A stretch of 64,000 bases of DNA, taken from the IMG/VR virus record IMGVR_UViG_3300025131_000021, positions 1-64,000 of that record, one strand, 5' to 3'. This DNA comes from an uncultured virus (IMG/VR IMGVR_UViG_3300025131_000021) (lineage: Duplodnaviria > Heunggongvirae > Uroviricota > Caudoviricetes). Every line of letters starts with the position of its first letter. Within the stretch, counting starts at the first letter, position 1. The notes under the pieces are model-generated. The model had not been told where the DNA came from, made no database searches, and was given only the letters and a program-made list of their open reading frames with translations. The translations under genes and the position numbers were made by a program. Shown here in pieces: positions 19,537 to 28,370 of this stretch.

Positions 19537-20445
19537 TTAAGATCCCATTGGGCTCTTTTTATTGTCTGCATGTTCTACATTGTCTGCTGACTCTGACGAA
19601 CCTTTAGGTGCTTTATTACCTGGCTGGTTGACATTTCCTGCTGTATCTTCGGAAACACTACCTACACCATGATCACCTTCGGATCCTGAATTAGCCATAT
19701 TAACAGCCTTTCCACCCATATCATTTTTACCTGCTACGGGAGACTTTTGAGCTCCACCGTCGGCACCAACTGGATCACTAGGATCTTTAACTGCTACCAT
19801 ATTTGCGGCTTCTTCGATTTCTTCGAAATCTTCCTCAACTGTTTCAGCAACTCCGTCCTGCTCAACTGATTCCATTTCAGGCATTTCTTCTTCTGCATCC
19901 ATGGCATCCATTGGCATTTCGTCGTCCATTGGTACTTCTTCTTCAGCACCACCGACTAATTCCATAAACTCTGCTTTTAAGCGATCTAATGCTTCTTCAG
20001 CATCTACGAACGCCTGGTCAACTTCTGGGTCGCCAGTTTCTTCTCCGCCTTCGGCGTCGTCCATTGGCATTTCTTCTTCGTCGTCCATTTCGTCTTCACT
20101 ATACATTTCTTCTGACTCAATTTCTTCTAAGTCCGAATCAACTGCATTAGTTACTTCGTCAGTAAAATCCTGTTCAGGATTCCTAACGATTGCTTCGTCT
20201 ACGTCTTCTTTATCGTCTTTGTCTTCGTCTTTGCTTGCCTCGTCTACTTGTTCCGAATCTTCGTCGACTTCTTCTTTCTTTTCATCAAGAATTTCGTCTT
20301 CAGTGACTTCATCTTCGGCAACGAGGTTCTCATAAATTCCACGAGCCTTTTCCACAAATACATCATGAAGAAGGTCGCTTGCTTTGTCCGTTTCCTCGTT
20401 TATAATGTATTCGAGGACCTTTTCTAATTTATCTCGTGTAGTCAT
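19537..20445 (-). CDS. Highly acidic prohead core/internal protein
   Basis: Very Asp/Glu-rich; positioned between portal and protease like T4 gp67/68; TTAAATA box upstream (~20479-20485). Confidence 0.7.
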   Translation of the reverse strand: MTTRDKLEKVLEYIINEETDKASDLLHDVFVEKARGIYENLVAEDEVTEDEILDEKKEEVDEDSEQVDEASKDEDKDDKEDVDEAIVRNPEQDFTDEVTNAVDSDLEEIESEEMYSEDEMDDEEEMPMDDAEGGEETGDPEVDQAFVDAEEALDRLKAEFMELVGGAEEEVPMDDEMPMDAMDAEEEMPEMESVEQDGVAETVEEDFEEIEEAANMVAVKDPSDPVGADGGAQKSPVAGKNDMGGKAVNMANSGSEGDHGVGSVSEDTAGNVNQPGNKAPKGSSESADNVEHADNKKSPMGS

Positions 20446-20514
20446 AACAACTCCTATAACAAAATTGTTGTATATGTTTATTTAATATATGAAATCAAAA
20501 GTGTACTAAAACGG

Positions 20515-21699
20515 CTAAAAAACGGCGAGTTTTGGAAGATTTTTTATTATTTTTGAATTTTTATTGGTAAGCTCTGTAATTTTCTTTTCAAAAAGTGGGT
20601 AAAATTCATGTGTTTTTAACAGTGATCTGTCTGTTTTATTACTATTTTTAAGTGCCTTATGAAATTTAAATTCTTCTGCTAATCTAACTGCTATTAAAAA
20701 TAACTCATAAATGTTAGTAAAATCGTCATAAACTTCTCCTATACGCATATTCTGACTAATCAAATCTGTCCTTATTTCGGCGTTGTTTATAAGTTTGTTA
20801 ATAATAGCGTTATTATCAACCTCCTGTATAACACTATCAATTTCAATACCATTGTGGTCTCTTATATGTTTTTTATACATTTTAGTATGCTTAAACATAT
20901 CTAAATTAGGGTAAATTAATGGATATTTTTCATATTTGTTAAGTCTAATATATGCATTTATTATACTCTTAACAACATTATAATCCAACTTTAAATTAAG
21001 TCGCTGGCTTAATAACATTACTTTATCAATATCTAAAATATCCATCATTGGCACATTTATTATTTTATCATGTTGTTGTAATATTGGAATAGCCTCAGGA
21101 GCTAATCCATAATTGTGTGGCCACGTAAATTCTAACATGTGATACAACATATTACTAATTGTACTAAAATAATCGTTGTCTGACCAGTCATTAATTATTT
21201 CTTTGTGCCCTCCCCCGTCGGTCCAACCTGGTATGTGGAAAAAACATCTATCCATAAAAATTTTTATGGCTTGTAATGAAAGTTCATGCATAGGATTTAA
21301 ATAAACATTTATTACAAATCTATTGTCACTTAACAGTTGAACAATATCATCGTTATCAAATATTCTTCTAGCATGTATAAAATAAACTTGTTGTGTATTG
21401 GGAGGAAAATGTTTTTCAAATTGTAATATTTCATCAACTGTTATACGATGATTAGAACGAATACTATCGCCGGTGTCGTTAAAATTGTGTGAGTACAATG
21501 ATTCTAATGAACTACCGGAATCCCAATTAACACTTGAATCAATAGTTATTTTACTATCAATAAATTTTTCTGATTCAAATATATGTGTAAAACGATCTTC
21601 GGGATTAGCAAAATAAACTTGTGGGGAGGTTTGTAATATCCTACATAATAAATTTGCACTTACAAATGCAGGACCTGCAACAATAACATGATTTGACAT
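20515..21699 (-). CDS. Hypothetical protein, possible sulfotransferase/P-loop-like N-terminus
   Basis: VIVAGPAFVSANLLCRILQTSPQV resembles a sulfotransferase 5'-PSB region (degenerate); very AT-rich. Confidence 0.45.
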   Translation of the reverse strand: MSNHVIVAGPAFVSANLLCRILQTSPQVYFANPEDRFTHIFESEKFIDSKITIDSSVNWDSGSSLESLYSHNFNDTGDSIRSNHRITVDEILQFEKHFPPNTQQVYFIHARRIFDNDDIVQLLSDNRFVINVYLNPMHELSLQAIKIFMDRCFFHIPGWTDGGGHKEIINDWSDNDYFSTISNMLYHMLEFTWPHNYGLAPEAIPILQQHDKIINVPMMDILDIDKVMLLSQRLNLKLDYNVVKSIINAYIRLNKYEKYPLIYPNLDMFKHTKMYKKHIRDHNGIEIDSVIQEVDNNAIINKLINNAEIRTDLISQNMRIGEVYDDFTNIYELFLIAVRLAEEFKFHKALKNSNKTDRSLLKTHEFYPLFEKKITELTNKNSKIIKNLPKLAVF

Positions 21700-21701
21700 T
21701 A

Positions 21702-21902
21702 CTACATAGATTCTGGGGCCATAGGGCGTGAATAAATTTTATCAAAAAATTCTTTTCTTTTAATAAGATCTACTTTTTTAATCTCTTGCATTTTGCGTAA
21801 TTTATTTAAATGTCGCAAAGTAAGTCTTACCTTACGAGTATCGCTTGGTTGTTGCTTAACTCGTTTATCTTCGTCGGCTTCATAAAATTCAAATATTTTC
21901 AT
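21702..21902 (-). CDS. Small basic head-module protein
   Basis: ATGA overlap with portal stop; DTRKVRLTLRHLNKLRKM. Confidence 0.7.
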   Translation of the reverse strand: MKIFEFYEADEDKRVKQQPSDTRKVRLTLRHLNKLRKMQEIKKVDLIKRKEFFDKIYSRPMAPESM

Positions 21903-23614
21903 TGTACTGCTCCTGGTTCTGGAGGTGGCGGTTGTTCCGCTCCTGATATCGGACTTTCGGATCCACCCTCAACAGGTGCTTCAGCATCCATTTCTGCATC
22001 AGCCATGTCATCTAGTCCTGGCTCCATTTCTGTATCAACTGGTCGTACACCGACTGCACTTAAATTATCAACTGCCTCTGCGTCACCACCTGGTGTTACT
22101 CCAGCCTGTATTGGGTTTTCTTCTGCCCACATTTCTTCATTTTCAACAATCTCATCTTCATTAAGATTTAAGTACTTCTTAAGAGTAAATCTACGTGCTA
22201 AGAATGGTACTTCTGCTAATGCACCAAATACATTTGCTCGTTGTTGGTTAAGTTCTATTTCTCTATATTCCGAAAAACTTTGTGGTTCTACAAATACTAA
22301 ATCAAATAAACTACTATCAACATTAACACCTCTAAACTTTAAAAACAACTTAAACTCTCTATCAAATTCGGGTGCCATTAATGATTGTAATCGTTGACAA
22401 TATTTTGTAAATCTAAATTCTTGAATAAATGCAGTTCCTACTCGTCCGTCAACAAAACTAGCCGTTCCATCATCTGGACCTGTAGGCAAATATGAACTTG
22501 GAATTCTTAATGCTCTTAACATTTTATTTGTAAAATATCTTAAGTCGTCTATCTGTCCTAAGTTTTCTCCACCCGGTAATGTTTCTACTTTTGAACCACG
22601 CCCTTCAGCAGTTTGTGCAAAGAAATAATCTTCCATAACACTAAGTGGATTATAACTAGCATCTAGAACAGTTGCTCCACCACCTGTACGTGATGGAATA
22701 CGTCTTTGATGTATTTCATTTTTAACACGTTCAACAAAACCCATTGCTTTATGCGAAGGCATGTTTCCTACATCAATATAAAATACTCTACGTTCAGGTG
22801 CTCTTTGTACCCTGTAAATTATAATAGCATCTTCAAGTAATTCTTTTTGCTTATATGTTTTATAAACAGCATCTAATACACTTTGTCCAAACGGCCAGTT
22901 TGAATCTAACCCTTCAGTTAAACTTAAATGTATCATATGCTCTGCATCAACACCATATTCTTTAATTGAATCGGAAAGAGCTTGTGATGCGTTTTGATAT
23001 TGTTGATTTTGTACTATACCGCCTTGTTGCATTGTTTGCATACTAGAATAATTGTCTGAGTGCGATATAATTTCACTAGCAGTTTTTTCTTGTAAATTTA
23101 GTTGTAAATTACGTACAATATATTGTTCTATCTCTTTACCTTTTGCTTCGTTGATAATTGCTTTAGAAACATCTGCTGGATTAACCCATGTCCATTCGTA
23201 TGTTTCTGGATCACGAATAAAAAATTGATCTCCATACTTTAATGTACTACGAAACATTCTCCATAAACGTGTATCCCAATCATTAATGTTTGACCATTGT
23301 TTTAATGCTTTTTTGAGTACATCAATTTCGGCTTCAGTTGCTTCGTCTTTAAAATTAAACTCAAAAGCCATATGATCGTTGTTACGTTGTTGCGTACAAA
23401 ATTCAGATAATGTATCAAGTGCGGCATTTACTTCGCTATCAACATCAATCTGATCATACTGCATATAACGTTCAACACGGTTTGGTTGTCCAGTATATAC
23501 TTCTGGTAACCAACTATGAAAGCGATTATGCGAGTTCGATAATTGTGTACCTGACGTTTTTTGTTGTAATTTTTCTATATTAGCACTTCTAAAGTGCTTT
23601 CTCCATCCAGCCAT
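21899..23614 (-). CDS. gp20: Portal protein (T4 gp20-like)
   Basis: LLEDAIIIYRVQRAPERRVFYIDVGNMP, EDYFF, GRGSKVETLPGGENLG, EFRFTKY. Confidence 0.96.
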   Translation of the reverse strand: MAGWRKHFRSANIEKLQQKTSGTQLSNSHNRFHSWLPEVYTGQPNRVERYMQYDQIDVDSEVNAALDTLSEFCTQQRNNDHMAFEFNFKDEATEAEIDVLKKALKQWSNINDWDTRLWRMFRSTLKYGDQFFIRDPETYEWTWVNPADVSKAIINEAKGKEIEQYIVRNLQLNLQEKTASEIISHSDNYSSMQTMQQGGIVQNQQYQNASQALSDSIKEYGVDAEHMIHLSLTEGLDSNWPFGQSVLDAVYKTYKQKELLEDAIIIYRVQRAPERRVFYIDVGNMPSHKAMGFVERVKNEIHQRRIPSRTGGGATVLDASYNPLSVMEDYFFAQTAEGRGSKVETLPGGENLGQIDDLRYFTNKMLRALRIPSSYLPTGPDDGTASFVDGRVGTAFIQEFRFTKYCQRLQSLMAPEFDREFKLFLKFRGVNVDSSLFDLVFVEPQSFSEYREIELNQQRANVFGALAEVPFLARRFTLKKYLNLNEDEIVENEEMWAEENPIQAGVTPGGDAEAVDNLSAVGVRPVDTEMEPGLDDMADAEMDAEAPVEGGSESPISGAEQPPPPEPGAVQ

Positions 23615-23636
23615 GGTTAACCTTGATTATTTGTTG

Positions 23637-23643
23637 TATTTAT
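23637..23643 (-). promoter_or_regulatory. Putative late promoter for portal operon
   Basis: ATAAATA, intergenic. Confidence 0.6.
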
Positions 23644-23647
23644 TGTT

Positions 23648-25495
23648 TTAGTTAGAGAAGTAATCTCGTAAAGCTCGGTCTTGTTGTGCATTAGATCTCT
23701 GAAGTCGTGTATTCTCTTGAACTGTACTTGTTGTTTCAATTGCCGCTTTAACTTGTTCCTTAATTCCACCAGTCAGAGCCTCTATGTCTCTACCCAACCT
23801 TCCTAAAAAGTTTGAAAAGTTTTCATTTAATTTTAGTAATGCTGAAGTATTTTCAGATAATGCTACTTGATTTTCAGTACCAGTTCCTGAAACGGTAGCA
23901 GTAGGGGCTATTCCAACACCGTTGGTAGATTTACTTTTAAATAACATTTGTATAAATTCTGATTCTCCAAGTGATTGCGCCTGGGCTCTAAGTTGTGTAT
24001 TTAAATCCATCCCTGATGCACCAAAAAAATCATCTGCTAACCCTTTCATCCGATTTGGAGTCTTAATTAAGTAATCAAGCACGGCTTGCTCGGTTAATCC
24101 TGTTTCTTTTCCTATATCCTGTAACATTGATGTTAATGTTTCTGCAGTTTCAAATCCCATGGCCTTCAATGTACTAACAGTACCTTTAATTGCACTCTCT
24201 GCACCTAGTGCCATTTTAGTTACAGTATCACCCTCTTTTATTCGGGCTCTAATAGCGGCTAGTTCCTCTTCGTTTACTGCTCTCTGAACAGTACCTAGTT
24301 TCATGTGTAACTTTATACCATCATTAAACATTGATTGTTGTATATAATATTCTGACTCGCGACCAGATTTTATTTCTTCATTAAACCGTCTTGCAGAGGC
24401 TAATGCAGATGTACCTGTGCCATCTTTTATATACTGCATCATTTGTTCTAAGCCTTCCATTGTTACATCAGTGGCCGCAACCAGTTGTTTCATATCTTCA
24501 CTGGATCCTGCTAATCCTAAACCAGTAGTTACCATTTGAGTAATTTGATTGGCTATTTCTGTACCGTCTTCGCCAAACTGAGAAGTTAATATTCCAACTA
24601 ATTCTTGTTGGCGTCTTTGAACTGCGGCAGTATCTCCGCCCTGGGCTTGAATTTGTGCTAGATAAGTTTGCAACGGTACACCAGAACCTGCTTGTTGTTG
24701 TGCTAACAATATTTCTCGTCTATCTCTACCTGTAATCTGTGCCATTGCAGTTGCTTCGTCAGCCATTGCTAATATTGCATCTCTAGCCCGATTTGCGGCT
24801 AAGTCTCCTTGGATTCCTTGCATTCTTTGTATTTCTAATTGCCCAACTAATAAATCATTTAACTCTTCTTGTCGCATGCCATACATACCCATTTGAGCTA
24901 AATTTATTGTAAGTTCCTCTGATAAGGCACCAAATCGTTGTGCAGACTCTATTGCAGAGTCTCCTAGATTTCGAATAGTTATGCCATTCTCTATTAGTAT
25001 ACTATTAAAAGCATCAATTGTCAACCTAGAACTCGCGGCCGCTTGTGCAATTCGTGTCATTTCCCCACTTAAACCAAGTCCAACATTTGATAAATCTCTA
25101 ACACGTCTAACATATCCATCCATCATTGTCATGGCAGTTGCAAATATACCTGTACCATCATCAACAAGTTGTGATAAACTTTTAAATGAACCATCTACTT
25201 TATCAAGGTTTCTAATAAGTTTTCCTAATTGTCCAGTTGCTCCCGTAATTAACTTACCAAAGCCGCTTATCCAGTTCGCTGGATTTAATCCACCACCAAA
25301 AGCACCTCCAGATTTTATTGCTTGAACAGTTGCTCTAGTACCTTTAGTAATTGCCTGTTGTGTTTGATTGCCTTCATCAACAGAGGTACTTCTTACACCT
25401 TTTATTGCTTCTACTAATTCTTGTAATGTTTGCTCATTAGCCCATTCAGGATAGTCTACTCCCTGTTCTAATGCTGACATTGAAACTCGTGGCAT
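23648..25495 (-). CDS. Putative tape-measure-like protein
   Basis: All-helical Ala/Gln/Leu-rich sequence, PEWANEQTL N-terminus, adjacent to a gp26-like chaperone. Confidence 0.6.
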   Translation of the reverse strand: MPRVSMSALEQGVDYPEWANEQTLQELVEAIKGVRSTSVDEGNQTQQAITKGTRATVQAIKSGGAFGGGLNPANWISGFGKLITGATGQLGKLIRNLDKVDGSFKSLSQLVDDGTGIFATAMTMMDGYVRRVRDLSNVGLGLSGEMTRIAQAAASSRLTIDAFNSILIENGITIRNLGDSAIESAQRFGALSEELTINLAQMGMYGMRQEELNDLLVGQLEIQRMQGIQGDLAANRARDAILAMADEATAMAQITGRDRREILLAQQQAGSGVPLQTYLAQIQAQGGDTAAVQRRQQELVGILTSQFGEDGTEIANQITQMVTTGLGLAGSSEDMKQLVAATDVTMEGLEQMMQYIKDGTGTSALASARRFNEEIKSGRESEYYIQQSMFNDGIKLHMKLGTVQRAVNEEELAAIRARIKEGDTVTKMALGAESAIKGTVSTLKAMGFETAETLTSMLQDIGKETGLTEQAVLDYLIKTPNRMKGLADDFFGASGMDLNTQLRAQAQSLGESEFIQMLFKSKSTNGVGIAPTATVSGTGTENQVALSENTSALLKLNENFSNFLGRLGRDIEALTGGIKEQVKAAIETTSTVQENTRLQRSNAQQDRALRDYFSN

Positions 25496-25504
25496 TTTCG
25501 TCCT

Positions 25505-25537
25505 TATAAATACGATTGAACACTTTCTTATATTTAT
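25505..25537. promoter_or_regulatory. Face-to-face late promoters for divergent genes
   Basis: TATAAATA (+, 25505-25512) and ATAAATA (-, 25531-25537) within a 45-bp intergenic gap. Confidence 0.65.
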
Positions 25538-25540
25538 TCT

Positions 25541-26368
25541 ATGGAAAACCCCTTAAAACAATACTTTAGGGCGCCTGGTGCTTTTATCAAGTTACCTAGT
25601 AAAGGTATGTTCTATTCAGTTCCTCCTAAACTTTCAGTAGAAGGGGAATTAGCAATTTATCCAATGACAGCAGAAGATGAGCTGTGGCTTAAAAATCCTG
25701 ATGCATTATTAAATGGAGAAGCACTAAAGCGAATTGTTGCTAGTTGTGCCCCTGATATTCATAATCCAGAAGAAACTACAATAGCCGATGCTGATGTTAT
25801 TATGGTTACTGCAAGATTTGTTACATATGGTGATGATCTTACAGTTTCTAGCGAATGTCCAACTTGTCGTGAAAATACAGATTATTCATTTAAACTTCCT
25901 GATATAATTGCTAACATTAGAGAAATGCCTGCGGAAACTTTTGTAAACATAAACGAACTAAAAGTATTTTTAAAACCCTCAACAGTTGCATTACAAACAA
26001 AACAAGGAGTAGCGGCACTTCAGTATAGAATGTTGCTTAATAAACTTGCGGTTGAAAACAAAGAACCCGAAGAAAGGCAACAAGAATTATTAAAATCATT
26101 TGCTCATAATGTTACTACAATGCAATTTGAAACATTAAGAGAAAATATTGTTAAAATTGAAATGCCTGATGGTAATCATGTTTCAAATAAAGATCATGTT
26201 AAAGACTGGTTGAGGAATATTAAAAAAGTTGAGTTTGATGCTCTAAATAGTAAAATTGACGACTTAAATAATTCTGGTACCGACATTGATTATAACGCAG
26301 AATGCCGGGCATGTTCGCACAAATATAATACCAGGATTAGCATGGATCCAATATCTTTTTTCGGATAA
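25541..26368 (+). CDS. gp26: gp26-like baseplate hub/tail assembly chaperone
   Basis: NPLKQYFR..IKLPSKG, PMTAEDEL, ARFVTYG, two CxxC (CPTC, CRAC), ends ISFFG. Confidence 0.85.
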   Translation: MENPLKQYFRAPGAFIKLPSKGMFYSVPPKLSVEGELAIYPMTAEDELWLKNPDALLNGEALKRIVASCAPDIHNPEETTIADADVIMVTARFVTYGDDLTVSSECPTCRENTDYSFKLPDIIANIREMPAETFVNINELKVFLKPSTVALQTKQGVAALQYRMLLNKLAVENKEPEERQQELLKSFAHNVTTMQFETLRENIVKIEMPDGNHVSNKDHVKDWLRNIKKVEFDALNSKIDDLNNSGTDIDYNAECRACSHKYNTRISMDPISFFG

Positions 26369-26598
26369 GGCTTCTTGACGCAGGATGGGATAACATCGAC
26401 TCGCTAGTTGAGGAGTTTTGGACCGAAAGCGATCAATTTACTAAAGGTTTATTAGAACTAGTTGTTAATACCGAAGGTACGGTATCATACGAAGATGTGA
26501 CAAAAATGAGTGCCAAGGAAAGAAAACTATTAATTGAAGTTGTTAATGAACGTAATGAGAAATTAAATAAACAAATGCAGGAAAATTCTAGAAAGTAG
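26356..26598 (+). CDS. -1 frameshift extension of gp26-like gene (gp51-like C-terminal domain; fusion ~352 aa)
   Basis: The -1 frame is open 26341-26598 (RIRLLDAGWDNID...VSYEDVTKMSAKERKLLIEVVNERNEK) with no start codon before 26497; slippery T TTT TTC at 26356-26362. Confidence 0.75.
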   Translation, partial: FFRIRLLDAGWDNIDSLVEEFWTESDQFTKGLLELVVNTEGTVSYEDVTKMSAKERKLLIEVVNERNEKLNKQMQENSRK

Positions 26599-27454
26599 AC
26601 GGCATATCATAGTCTCTACGAGTATTACTCCAATGAGCATTTATACCATCCCATTTTTGAGAAACTTTAGCCATTGCTTTCCAAGACATTTCTTCCTTAG
26701 GTATTTTAGTTGCAGGTTCTCTTATTAATTTATGAGGTAATGGATTTTTGTATGTACGTAATTTTACATTTGAATATTTGTAGATATGTGACCATCCAGT
26801 ATGTGTATGAAAATGTCTTTCTTTTATTTTAGGATCTGTTATACAAAATTTCATAATATCTAGAATAGGTTCATATAACATTTTTGAAGCACTATGACTT
26901 CCAAAGTATACTATATCTACAATTTTTGTTTTGCCACGTTTTAAAGTCATATCTGTTGTATACATGCCATCAGGCTCTTTATTTTTTGCCCAACTTATTG
27001 CATCTTCAATGGGAGCGGCCGCATTATAGTTTATAGCACAATCTAATCGCATTCTATATACAATGTCGTAATTATCTTCTAATAATTTAAAACTATTATA
27101 TGCACTAAAAAACATGCCGTATGCTTGATAATTTCCTGCATGTCCAATTTCATGTTCTGTTTCTTGTTTTTCAGGATCTCCCCAATAGCAACAATCTGGA
27201 TTTTCTTCAAGCCATTCGTCTATAATATTATACCCTGTAATTTCTATACGTTTAAAAGGATAACAATCATTTAAATCTCGTTTTAATTTTTCTAAATCAT
27301 GTTTTACAACGACTTCGGCTACTGTTTGAGTATCCCATGTATGTAAGTAATAATCAACAGAGGTTTCCTCAGTTTCAAAATATTTTCGATTGAATAAACA
27401 TCCTATATCTGCAAACCGAGGTTGTCCACTAAAACATACTGCTACTTTTTTCAT
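26588..27454 (-). CDS. Putative glycosyltransferase-like protein
   Basis: KVAVCFSGQPR, DYYLHTW, YDIVYRMRLD motifs seen in phage/LPS-cluster GT-like proteins. Confidence 0.6.
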   Translation of the reverse strand: MKKVAVCFSGQPRFADIGCLFNRKYFETEETSVDYYLHTWDTQTVAEVVVKHDLEKLKRDLNDCYPFKRIEITGYNIIDEWLEENPDCCYWGDPEKQETEHEIGHAGNYQAYGMFFSAYNSFKLLEDNYDIVYRMRLDCAINYNAAAPIEDAISWAKNKEPDGMYTTDMTLKRGKTKIVDIVYFGSHSASKMLYEPILDIMKFCITDPKIKERHFHTHTGWSHIYKYSNVKLRTYKNPLPHKLIREPATKIPKEEMSWKAMAKVSQKWDGINAHWSNTRRDYDMPSTF

Positions 27455-27885
27455 ATTTCAAGTTGTGTGAAATCATCAGAACAGACTCCATAGAAGTCGC
27501 CTAATTTCATTGAGGGTGTTGGTTTTACTGCTATTGTGCGAGCGTCATTACCTGATTGTCCTGGATATGCCCATATGTATCCTTGAGACGTAACAGTATA
27601 ATTATCTTCTTGGTGCCAAAATACATTTATCTTTTGATATGAAAGTAAATTATTTAAAGCCTCGAAATTTTTAGCATGACACCATAATCGATCTTGTCTA
27701 TCTTGTAACCACGAAAAGTCTATCATGTACTTAGGATTGTCGTGTCCAAGCCATAAGCCATCTTTGTGATACCAAACATCAATTTCTGCTTCGTATCCGT
27801 TACTTAAAGATTTATCAATATATTCAGGAGCATTTTCAAGATCATTACTACCATTAGTATTACCTCTATGTGCTATCTTAATCAT
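27451..27885 (-). CDS. Glycerophosphodiester phosphodiesterase-like (PLC-like) protein
   Basis: MIKIAHRGN, EIDVW, LGHD, WCHAKN, GVCSD; GGAG RBS before ATG 27885. Confidence 0.8.
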   Translation of the reverse strand: MIKIAHRGNTNGSNDLENAPEYIDKSLSNGYEAEIDVWYHKDGLWLGHDNPKYMIDFSWLQDRQDRLWCHAKNFEALNNLLSYQKINVFWHQEDNYTVTSQGYIWAYPGQSGNDARTIAVKPTPSMKLGDFYGVCSDDFTQLEI

Positions 27886-27902
27886 ATATCTTTTCTCCAT
27901 AC

Positions 27903-27958
27903 TTAAACGATGAGCTTTGCTCATCGAAACTATCAGATACTCCGTATCTTCAGTTTAA
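27903..27958. other. Twin triloop hairpins / three-way junction
   Basis: CGATGAGC-ttt-GCTCATCG (27908-27926) and AGATAC-tcc-GTATCT (27935-27949), flanked by TTAAAC/GTTTAA. Confidence 0.6.
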
Positions 27959-28004
27959 ATTGTTTGTTATGTTACTTATTATAGATATTAACTGATTTAT
28001 AGAA

Positions 28005-28370
28005 CTTATTCCCCGAGTGTCAAGCCACACTTAGCCTGTATATGGCTAAGTGTCCTATTCCCCTCGGAATGCACACCTCCTATTAACTAACCTAATTAAA
28101 GGAAAAGGCGGTTGGGCTGTACCCTTTTACAGTCTACTATACCAACGCAGGCTGAATGGTTATAACTATAGGAGGCAGTTTATAACCAGCCTTGCAAGTT
28201 CCAAAGTCGTCAGGATTGCTTGCTCGTTCCCATCTCGTGATGTATGGGCATGTTAATGATCATTGCCAACGGAAATCCGAACTAACACTATGTACTCATA
28301 GTATCGCTAGTCCTCGACCGGTCATTTCTGACAGTTTAGGGCGTATGGGTTACCTTTGATCGAAAGGTAT
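28005..28370 (-). ncRNA. Candidate large structured ncRNA with pseudoknot (family unknown)
   Basis: GC-elevated non-coding gap with at least 7 stems, an 8-bp loop-distal pairing and a minus-strand GAAA tetraloop. Confidence 0.6.

Noticed and set aside
365..22397. Many short plus-strand ORFs in the track (e.g. 1898, 9046, 14841, 17394, 19901, 21810)
   Set aside because: Antisense shadows of long minus-strand genes with biased codon usage
28050..28256. 68-aa plus-strand ORF
   Set aside because: GTG start with no RBS, antisense to the operon, and lies over the structured element
27903..28370. Retron msr-msd, group I/II intron, tRNA or tmRNA
   Set aside because: No RT nearby, no interrupted gene, no a1/a2 repeats, and no cloverleaf or T-loop consensus recognised
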